In this document: positions 42,493 to 50,483 of the stretch, piece by piece
Position numbering within the stretch: position 1 is the stretch's first letter
Layout of the letters: every line of letters begins with the position of its first letter
Source of the DNA: an uncultured virus (IMG/VR IMGVR_UViG_3300024059_000003)
Taxonomy: Duplodnaviria; Heunggongvirae; Uroviricota; Caudoviricetes
Length of the DNA: 64,000 bases
IMG/VR virus record: IMGVR_UViG_3300024059_000003
Coordinates: 1 to 64,000 of that record
Direction: 5' to 3' (one strand)
The notes under the pieces: model-generated
What the model was told of the DNA's origin: nothing
What the model saw: only the letters and a program-made list of their open reading frames with translations
Database searches by the model: none
Position numbers and translations under genes: made by a program

Positions 42493-43164
42493 TTATTCTA
42501 TCTCAACATCACTTCCACAACATGCGTCATAGATCCATGAAAACTCAAAGTCTACTCCAGACGATCCTACCCACTCAAGATCTTCAATAACACATGGGTT
42601 TATTAATGTATTCCCTGATATCTCGTAGTTGCGTATTGATAATGTACCTTGATTATCGTTTCCATTATTTTGTGTGTTTATCATTTGTACAGTGTTTCTT
42701 AGAGTTATTATATCTGGATCAAAAAAGAACAACTGCATGTTGCTCAAGGGACAAGGAAAGTCTGGTTCAGTTATCACTAACGGTGTATTGCTAGCAATAA
42801 ATATCGATCCTACTTGAGCATCTTGATTTAGATCTAAATTCCCTATTAAGCTCCCATTTAGAAATACATCAAAATTGTCATCCCTGGATGCGTTTTCATT
42901 ACAAACCTGAAAGACAGTGACATTATTTGGACAATTTGGAGCTGCGTCTAGTTCTTTATCTATATAAGTATTACAGTCAGGACTATTAGATATAATTCTA
43001 ACTACAGCAGTTCCAAAAGGAACGTTATATGAAACAAATCCTGCAAGTAGTTGATTACTTGTTACATCTATTTCAAAAGCTTCAGTAAAACCATCAACCT
43101 GAGAAAACAAGTTAAAAGGTCCAGCATCTGCTCCTATGTTACTAGCTTGTATTAGTATTGCCAT
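42493..43164 (-). CDS. 'GPF' N-terminal domain protein plus beta-rich domain (223 aa)
   Basis: GADAGPFNLFSQVDGFTEAFE...VPFGTAVVRI shared domain. Confidence 0.7.
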   Translation of the reverse strand: MAILIQASNIGADAGPFNLFSQVDGFTEAFEIDVTSNQLLAGFVSYNVPFGTAVVRIISNSPDCNTYIDKELDAAPNCPNNVTVFQVCNENASRDDNFDVFLNGSLIGNLDLNQDAQVGSIFIASNTPLVITEPDFPCPLSNMQLFFFDPDIITLRNTVQMINTQNNGNDNQGTLSIRNYEISGNTLINPCVIEDLEWVGSSGVDFEFSWIYDACCGSDVEIE

Positions 43165-43175
43165 TTTATATTTTT

Positions 43176-43727
43176 TTAGGATACAGAAGGACTACAAAGA
43201 GTAGTACAACATAAAACTTCATATCCATTTAAAGCTATCTGAACTGCTGCTACACTTGTGTTAGTTGTACTCGGTCCTATTTTATACCACCCTGCATCCA
43301 ATGCTAATAGACTTGCTGTTGCTGGGTCTGGATCATCATATAAAAAAGACCCAACAGGTGGAATATAATTAAAACTATCACCATTGTGCCAGTACTCAGT
43401 TACCGGTGTTGTAGATATATCTGAACATGCATCTGTAGCATTATTATGAGGTGCTGGAGCACCAAAAAGTCCAAATCCAGATGTATACTGTGAAACAATT
43501 GATGCTTCAACATAATTATCACAGTTAGCATTATTATTTTTTATTCTCACAATAGTAGTTCCAGTAGGAACAAGACTTGTAGATATGTTATAACCTAATG
43601 TACTTGTTAGAATAGTTATAGAAACATTCGTAGCAAAGGGCGTTGTATAAAAATTTGCATTTGAATATAGATCAACTGGTCCTGAACAACTGCCTGCGGA
43701 TTCTAGTTTTATTGTTAGTGTTGCCAT
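43176..43727 (-). CDS. 'GPF' N-terminal domain protein plus small beta domain
   Basis: AGSCSGPVDLYSNANFYTTPF; probable start MATLTIK at 43727. Confidence 0.7.
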   Translation of the reverse strand: MATLTIKLESAGSCSGPVDLYSNANFYTTPFATNVSITILTSTLGYNISTSLVPTGTTIVRIKNNNANCDNYVEASIVSQYTSGFGLFGAPAPHNNATDACSDISTTPVTEYWHNGDSFNYIPPVGSFLYDDPDPATASLLALDAGWYKIGPSTTNTSVAAVQIALNGYEVLCCTTLCSPSVS

Positions 43728-43741
43728 TTTATAATTTTGTT

Positions 43742-44884
43742 TTATGGATCTGGACAATCCTCAACGTTAGTAATACGTCCATTTGTATCAATTTTTATAA
43801 GCCAACTTCCTGGATTGGGTGTAGATAGAGACAGTTGAAACCTGTACCATTTGTTGTCTCCGTTAAATGTTTGAGATGCTGGAAATATTACATCATATGT
43901 AAAATCATTTATTTGTGGTTCAACAAGTGATCCATTTTTCCATAGGAATGCAGCAAGGTCAGCACTACATAAACCAATATTTAGATTTGAACTACTAGTT
44001 ATTGATCTTATACCAGCTGCAAGAGATGGACTAGATTTTGTAGTAGTAGTTGTCGTAAGTGGAATTTGAGTTGTTGTAGTACCAGTAAGTGTTATAGTAG
44101 GATTATTTAAGGAACAATCACATGTAGTAGTAGTAGTTGTTGTTGAAGAAGAGCTGGTACTGGTTGTAGTGCTAGTAGAACTAGTAGAACTAGTAGTTGT
44201 TGTTGTAACTTCTTTATAAGTGTCAGCTATAAAGGAGAAGTCTACATCAACCCCTGCTCCAGTATAATTAGGACTTAGGGCAGTTACAAAATTATCAGTA
44301 CAGAAAGTACATATATCCTGTCCTTGATATAGTATTCCGTCTTTTTGAATTGTATTGATAAAATTGTAAACTCCTGTTCTGTTACTATCTATTGTAGCAG
44401 AAACTACATCTCCTGGTAAGATTTGAATAGTTCCACTTTGTGAAGATGCATTACCTGTAATAGTTGCATCTACAACATTATTTCCATTAACATCTATTTT
44501 TAAGTTGCTGCTCTGTGGTTCTGGTGCAATTAAAGAATTTGGAGTATTAGTTATAAGCTCCCAGTTAAGTCTGTTAGGAGGCTGTTGTGTTGTAGTGGTT
44601 GATGTAGATGTTGAAGTACTTGTAGTAGTTGACGTACTAGAACTACTTGTTGTAGTTGTTGTAGGACAATTAGTTGGTAGGTCAATACAATTATCACATG
44701 TACCAACAGAGCAGACTCTTATAATAGTTGCTCCTGTAGGAAGTTCAATAACATATCCATTAGTTAAAGTTAAAGCAGGAACTTGTGTTTGAAATGGAGT
44801 AGTATATCCATTTGCATCTGAGTATAAATCAAAAGGTCCAGCAGAGCCTCCTGGGGGTATGGTTATGTTTATTTGTATCAACAT
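43742..44884 (-). CDS. 'GPF' domain modular protein with Thr/Ser linkers (380 aa)
   Basis: GSAGPFDLYSDANGYTTPF; three Thr/Ser tracts separating domains shared with neighbouring genes. Confidence 0.72.
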   Translation of the reverse strand: MLIQINITIPPGGSAGPFDLYSDANGYTTPFQTQVPALTLTNGYVIELPTGATIIRVCSVGTCDNCIDLPTNCPTTTTTSSSSTSTTTSTSTSTSTTTTQQPPNRLNWELITNTPNSLIAPEPQSSNLKIDVNGNNVVDATITGNASSQSGTIQILPGDVVSATIDSNRTGVYNFINTIQKDGILYQGQDICTFCTDNFVTALSPNYTGAGVDVDFSFIADTYKEVTTTTTSSTSSTSTTTSTSSSSTTTTTTTCDCSLNNPTITLTGTTTTQIPLTTTTTTKSSPSLAAGIRSITSSSNLNIGLCSADLAAFLWKNGSLVEPQINDFTYDVIFPASQTFNGDNKWYRFQLSLSTPNPGSWLIKIDTNGRITNVEDCPDP

Positions 44885-44887
44885 ATC

Positions 44888-45139
44888 TTATGGTGTTGTT
44901 GTTGTTGTGGTAGTTGTAGTTTGTTCTAATACAATATCAAAACTATTTTCACATAATGAATCTGACGTTACTCTTATTATAGTAGTAAAATCAGGAACTA
45001 CAGTACTAGTATAGCCAGCTAATAAATTAACTTTAGTTACACCAGTTTCAAAAGCAGCAGTGAACCCATCTACATCTGAGAACAGATCGAAGGGTCCAGT
45101 ATTGTTTCCTGCAGTTGTTAGTTTAATAAATGCTTCCAT
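44888..45139 (-). CDS. Stand-alone 'GPF' domain with terminal poly-Thr tail (83 aa)
   Basis: AGNNTGPFDLFSDVDGFTAAFE; ends in a Thr run plus Pro; probable start at 45139 via TAATG coupling. Confidence 0.7.
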   Translation of the reverse strand: MEAFIKLTTAGNNTGPFDLFSDVDGFTAAFETGVTKVNLLAGYTSTVVPDFTTIIRVTSDSLCENSFDIVLEQTTTTTTTTTP

Positions 45140-45450
45140 TATGATCCGCAACAAGTATTTAGTGTGTTATTTATATTTATAACTTGCTCTTTTATAGCAG
45201 AAATATCTGATGTATTAGTTGCTTGTTGAGTCTTCAATATACAAAGAAGTTCGTCAATTTTAGACAAAGCAACGTTTAAATCATCACAAGGTTCTACATT
45301 AGAACAAGGTAATATTGGTCCATTGTATGTAATAGATTTTGAATAATGTATTCCAGTTTGACATGGATCATTACTTACAGAAGTAGAACAACCACAAGTA
45401 GTGTTCACTGCTATATTTGTACAACAAGGATTAGTGGGTAAGTATGCCAT
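45139..45450 (-). CDS. Cys-rich anchor-domain / coiled-coil protein (103 aa)
   Basis: ITYNGPILPC..V.PCDDL..AL.KID..LC domain followed by a heptad segment. Confidence 0.65.
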   Translation of the reverse strand: MAYLPTNPCCTNIAVNTTCGCSTSVSNDPCQTGIHYSKSITYNGPILPCSNVEPCDDLNVALSKIDELLCILKTQQATNTSDISAIKEQVININNTLNTCCGS

Positions 45451-45461
45451 TGTTTTTAGTA

Positions 45462-46601
45462 TTAAGGTATGTAAATTATATAATATGATCCAATTCCAGG
45501 TTGATAATTATTATGTGGTAATCCTCCACCAGTAGGATTTATTGTAACAGTTGTAGCTACAGTTTGACTAACATCAGTAGTTTTTCCTACAGTAGATGTA
45601 GTACTTGTTCCTCTAAGTGCATATCCTAAGTTACCACCTGTGCCTTTTGCCTGGCGAATATAGTTACTGCTTGTAGGAGGATCTGTTTCATTTGAACTTC
45701 CCATACTTGCAACAAGGTGGCTGTGAGAAGCTGGACTAAGTGAAGCTGCTACAGTATTAGTGTGTGTATGTGAAGGTATTTGTGCTGTTGTTAATACAAC
45801 TTGATTTGTTCCAGTAAGGTCATTTAGGTTATATGTAGGATTTCCACTAACAGACGGATCAACTATGTTATCCATACTTTGACCTGGCATATCAGTAGCT
45901 CCAACAGCTACTCTTCCTCTCATATCTGGTGTACCATTGTTTCCATTACATAGAAATATTCTATCCCAAATACCTATTCCTGCACCTGATGCATCAAATG
46001 GTGTTAAGTCTCCAAAGTATGGCTGTGCAGAAAATGGAACCATTCGATTACTAATAAGCTGTTGCTGAGGATTAGTGTTTAAATAGTTTTCTATATACGT
46101 ATTAATATCAACAATTTGTACGTAGTTGTTTGTAACATCAGTAATAAAAGTGTTCAGTGACTGCTCAACTTCACACAACTTATTTATAGTTTGTTGTAAT
46201 ACATCTGATGTGCTTGTAGTATCTGTTACTCCAGATACACAGCCTACATCATAGTTTACAACTCTTGATCCTGAACCACCTTCTATCTCACTTACTTCTT
46301 CCTGTAATTTACAGATAGTTTTGATTATACCTACTAGGTAGTTATTTAAAGTTAATGGGTTACAGTCATCTAGATTAGCCTGCACTGCAGGGCATATATC
46401 TGATGGGGGAACTACAGGTGTTATACCTGTTCCGTCTAGTGTAGATCCTAAAAAGGTAATAAGAGCTTGCTCCACAAATGATAGGGAGTCTCCATTCTTT
46501 ATTCCTAGTATAGGAACGTCTACACCTGTATATTTAACGCACTTGTCTGAAGTAATTTCAGTACATCCGTTATAACAATTTGAGCAATTTTGTGTTGACA
46601 T
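45462..46601 (-). CDS. Tail fibre with phage tail-collar domain (379 aa)
   Basis: FLCNGNNGTPDMRGRVAVG, LTTAQIPSHTH, HSH and TGGGLPHNNYQP are hallmarks of collar/short-fibre domains; N-terminal anchor domain. Confidence 0.8.
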   Translation of the reverse strand: MSTQNCSNCYNGCTEITSDKCVKYTGVDVPILGIKNGDSLSFVEQALITFLGSTLDGTGITPVVPPSDICPAVQANLDDCNPLTLNNYLVGIIKTICKLQEEVSEIEGGSGSRVVNYDVGCVSGVTDTTSTSDVLQQTINKLCEVEQSLNTFITDVTNNYVQIVDINTYIENYLNTNPQQQLISNRMVPFSAQPYFGDLTPFDASGAGIGIWDRIFLCNGNNGTPDMRGRVAVGATDMPGQSMDNIVDPSVSGNPTYNLNDLTGTNQVVLTTAQIPSHTHTNTVAASLSPASHSHLVASMGSSNETDPPTSSNYIRQAKGTGGNLGYALRGTSTTSTVGKTTDVSQTVATTVTINPTGGGLPHNNYQPGIGSYYIIYIP

Positions 46602-46625
46602 AATTTTATTTATTTGTTTATCACA

Positions 46626-49600
46626 CTATGGTGATGTTTGTGTTGCGTTTAGAGAAATAGCACCTGTTCCTGTTACTGTAAAGTTTCCAGCTACTGGACC
46701 TATTACTGTTTGAGCAGCTCCAGTAGCGACATCACTAAAACTAGTAAATCCACTAACTTGAAGACCACTTACTGTTAAAGTGTCATTTTGTCCTGGGTTA
46801 AGTGATTTATAAGTTGCTAGTAGGTCATAATTCTCTCCGTTTACTAAAGTAAAGTTGTAAGTTCCATTACTGCTTGGATCAGCAAGATAAGTCTCCGAAA
46901 ACTGGCCGTTTTCACCGTCAAGAGTTACAAAGTTAGTTCCGTCTCCAGTGTCATCAAAGTCTATTATAAGACTTGCAGGTGTAGTTGCAGTACTAATAGT
47001 ATCATAATTCCAAACACTATTACTTACACCTGTTTGAGTCCAGTTGTTAAATACATATGTATAGTTACTAGATGCAGATACAAGACTTTTTTGAATTGTA
47101 GGTGTAGTAGGTGCTACACTAGTAAATAGTTTGTGTTCAACAAAAAGAGTATCGCTTGTTAAATTTTCAGTTGTCATTGTTGCACTAATAACGTCACCTA
47201 TTGCTGTCATTATTGTGCCACCGTCTGATGTATTAGTTTTGTTTATAACAGAATTTACAACTGCTACGCTATTAACTAATATCTTAAGATTCGCACTCTC
47301 AAATAGACCTGCTCCACTTGGATTACTCTTACCACTAAACACCCAATTAAATGCATACTGTTTAGGATCAGCAGTGGTAGTTGTTGTAGTTGTTGGTACT
47401 GCAGTGGTGGTAGTTGTTGTTGTCGTAGGTGCTACAGTGGTGGTAGTTGTAGTTGTTGGTGCTACAGTAGTTGTTGTAGTTGTCGTGGGTGCTACAGTTG
47501 TTGTAGTAGTTGTTGTTGGAGCAACAGTTGTAGTTGTTGTTGTTGTAGGTGCTACAGTTGTAGTTGTTGTTGTTGTTGGTGTTGTACAATCTCCAAATGC
47601 AGTAACTTTATAACTATCTCCAGTTGTATGATCAAAGGTAGAAAGTATTGATGATAAGTCATTACCATTTGCATCTATCTTTGAAAATTGGAATGCATTT
47701 GTAGATGATAACGGACCTGAAGAAGCGTTACTGCTAACTTTACCATAAGGAACAGTAACTGCTCCAACTCCAACATCAACAAGTTGATACACTGCTGTAT
47801 AGTCTACTCCTCCTATATTAAATACTACATCATAGTTGGTATTTGGAACTTGAGACCAGTTGGTATAACTTGTTGTGTTTGTAGTTGGTCCAACGAAAGA
47901 TGATCGAGCATATAGAGAGGGGGTATTCACACCTACAGGACTTGGTGGGTCTGTATACCAGAAGCTATTATCTGTAGTAGTTAAATAGTCAAACTCTAGA
48001 CATCCAACTAATGGTGCAAGAGTTGTTGTTGTAGTTGTAGTAGGTGTTACCGTTGTGGTTGTAGTTGTTGTTGGTGCCACTGTAGTTGTAGTAGTGGTAG
48101 TAGGAGCAACAGTTGTTGTAGTTGTAGTTGTTGGTGTTGTACCAGTTGCTGCAACAGCACAACCAGTACCAGATCCTGAGTTACTATATCCTGAAGGAAC
48201 AATAAATGCAAGCGTATAAGAAACTGTTCCAGCAATATATACAGTTGTAATACCCCCACTATAATTGTAACTAGTTATAGCTAGATTGAGTCCATCATAT
48301 ACAACACTTCCATTCAGTGGATCTCCTACAATTCCATCAGGTAAAGATACTGTTAGTAGTGGATCTGTACAAAGGAAAACAGGTAAGGTTGTGGTTGTTG
48401 TAGTTGTAGGAGCTACAGTAGTTGTTGTAGTTGTAGTAGTAGGAGCTACAGTTGTGGTTGTAGTAGTAGTAGGTGCTACAGTAGTTGTGGTTGTAGTAGT
48501 TGTATTTTGATCATCTGGACATAGATAAAAATCAAGAATACAACCTGCTAACCTAGCTCCTATATGTGTAAATGTTAGTTCATTAATTCTATCACCATTG
48601 TTTTTAGGGAATATATTAAATAAACCACGATTTCCTATATCTCCTGCATAAAGCCTTCCTTTAAATATCACACTACCATCTGTCTCATTAGAAACTATAA
48701 AACTATCAGCATTTTCTCTACACACCTGTATAAATTCTATATTAAGATCTACGTCAGCTGTTACTCTTACTGTTTCATATATTCCTGGATTAGGATAATA
48801 CCCTATACCAGTACAGAAAAATGCTATAGACGATATTGAGTTATCAAATGACATTGTGGATGAAGAACAAGATCCACTACCTAATGCATAACGCCCTTTA
48901 TTATTATATTGCCTATTGCTGAAACCAATCAAGTCACAAGTTCCAATTCCTTCATTATTGGGAATAAGTTCTGGAGCTGGACCTGGAACATACGTAGCAC
49001 CACAATCACCACTTGATGATGTCAAAGTTAAGATAGTCCCATTACTTAATGTTTTAGTTCCATTTCCAGTACTAATTCCTGGGAATCCCTCTGGAGCATC
49101 AAAGTCATAAGGTTGGCTACATCCACTAGAAGGAGTTAAAGTAGTACTAGTAGTAGTTGTAGTATTACCACCACAATTAGCTTCTAGTGAACCTGTAAAT
49201 CCTACTTGCCAGTACGCTTCACTTTCACAATATATTATTTTCTGGTCACTTTGTCCATCTATAGTTATATACTCAATTGTATCTGGATCTACTAGTGGAC
49301 CAGGAGTAATAAACTGCTGTATACCCATTTGTTCTGCAACCATATCTATTCTACAGGCATAACCATATAGATAACAACCAGCTACCACTTGAGCTCCACC
49401 AGCATAACATAGTCCTATTATCTTGATAGTTCCATTTATATCTGCGAGGAGGAATGATCCTGAATCTCCTGAATATATAGGATTACAACAATATTCTGTT
49501 GTACTCGCATTATCAGGATCTTCTTGAGGAGGTTTAATAAATCTAATAGCATCAGTAAACTTACAATTTACACTAGTTGCTTGTGAACTAGGATAAGCTA

Positions 49601-50474
49601 TATTTTCAAGCGTAGCACCTATTGATTGAATTAACATAGGACAATCTGGTACAATACCTTTAGGTCCAGTAGTTCTTCCAGTACTATATACACGAGGGTT
49701 TGTAGCTAATAGATTATCTATTTCTAATGTAGAAGCAAACGGTGGTGGGTTACTACCTAGTATAGACTCTAGTCCTACTTGATTCCATGCAATTGTTGGA
49801 TTCCATCTTGTCGGATCAATAGAAATTATAGCTGCATCTACCTGATTAAGTAAACCTGTAGACTTTGCATGAATAGGAACATACTGTAAACTTACACCAC
49901 AGTTATAACTTGCAGGTTTGGATGCACTTCCACCTTCTCCTTGTTGGTATACATAATCTACTGGACTATATTCATTTACAAGAGCTCCAGTAACACTTCT
50001 ATCAGATGTATAAAATGCATCTTGAATAGTAACGTGATTATTTGTTAAACCAACTGAACAGCCTGTTTCTGAATGTATAACTACACCTCCAAGAGTACCT
50101 ACACTAGTTCCATTATTTCTACTAGAAAAAGAAATACCACCTTGTAAATGTTGAAAGAACTGTCTGTTTGCTAGTGAAGTGTTATTTGTTTGTCCACAAG
50201 TTGTAGAACACGTACCTATAACTTCATGCTTCGCTATTTCTATTACATCTGTTTTTATACTTTTTCCAGATACTATAACACGTGATGGAATATGTTCATT
50301 TATTGAAATCTCAGAAAGAGGCTTCTTTTTTTCTACAGCTATAACTATAGCAAAGTCACCTGTCCACGTTCCATTAACAACTTTTCTTCCCCAAGCAACA
50401 CTAGTTACATTAGGAAGTTGCTGAGACAACTCTAATATTCTATCTTTTATTTCTTGTGTTAATAGTCCTTTCAT
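46626..50474 (-). CDS. Trypsin-like (S1/Nal1-type) serine protease fused to Thr-linked beta domains (1282 aa)
   Basis: GTLG, LTNNHV, VDAA, GRTTG and GDSGS in order; TTTTTTTVAP repeats between later domains. Confidence 0.8.
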   Translation of the reverse strand: MKGLLTQEIKDRILELSQQLPNVTSVAWGRKVVNGTWTGDFAIVIAVEKKKPLSEISINEHIPSRVIVSGKSIKTDVIEIAKHEVIGTCSTTCGQTNNTSLANRQFFQHLQGGISFSSRNNGTSVGTLGGVVIHSETGCSVGLTNNHVTIQDAFYTSDRSVTGALVNEYSPVDYVYQQGEGGSASKPASYNCGVSLQYVPIHAKSTGLLNQVDAAIISIDPTRWNPTIAWNQVGLESILGSNPPPFASTLEIDNLLATNPRVYSTGRTTGPKGIVPDCPMLIQSIGATLENIAYPSSQATSVNCKFTDAIRFIKPPQEDPDNASTTEYCCNPIYSGDSGSFLLADINGTIKIIGLCYAGGAQVVAGCYLYGYACRIDMVAEQMGIQQFITPGPLVDPDTIEYITIDGQSDQKIIYCESEAYWQVGFTGSLEANCGGNTTTTTSTTLTPSSGCSQPYDFDAPEGFPGISTGNGTKTLSNGTILTLTSSSGDCGATYVPGPAPELIPNNEGIGTCDLIGFSNRQYNNKGRYALGSGSCSSSTMSFDNSISSIAFFCTGIGYYPNPGIYETVRVTADVDLNIEFIQVCRENADSFIVSNETDGSVIFKGRLYAGDIGNRGLFNIFPKNNGDRINELTFTHIGARLAGCILDFYLCPDDQNTTTTTTTTVAPTTTTTTTVAPTTTTTTTTVAPTTTTTTTLPVFLCTDPLLTVSLPDGIVGDPLNGSVVYDGLNLAITSYNYSGGITTVYIAGTVSYTLAFIVPSGYSNSGSGTGCAVAATGTTPTTTTTTTVAPTTTTTTTVAPTTTTTTTVTPTTTTTTTLAPLVGCLEFDYLTTTDNSFWYTDPPSPVGVNTPSLYARSSFVGPTTNTTSYTNWSQVPNTNYDVVFNIGGVDYTAVYQLVDVGVGAVTVPYGKVSSNASSGPLSSTNAFQFSKIDANGNDLSSILSTFDHTTGDSYKVTAFGDCTTPTTTTTTTVAPTTTTTTTVAPTTTTTTTVAPTTTTTTTVAPTTTTTTTVAPTTTTTTTTAVPTTTTTTTADPKQYAFNWVFSGKSNPSGAGLFESANLKILVNSVAVVNSVINKTNTSDGGTIMTAIGDVISATMTTENLTSDTLFVEHKLFTSVAPTTPTIQKSLVSASSNYTYVFNNWTQTGVSNSVWNYDTISTATTPASLIIDFDDTGDGTNFVTLDGENGQFSETYLADPSSNGTYNFTLVNGENYDLLATYKSLNPGQNDTLTVSGLQVSGFTSFSDVATGAAQTVIGPVAGNFTVTGTGAISLNATQTSP
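47370..48505 (-). repeat. Three arrays of ~30-nt repeats encoding TTTTTTTVAP
   Basis: Arrays at ~47370-47585, ~48020-48140 and ~48390-48505. Confidence 0.9.
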
Positions 50475-50483
50475 ATCTATGTG

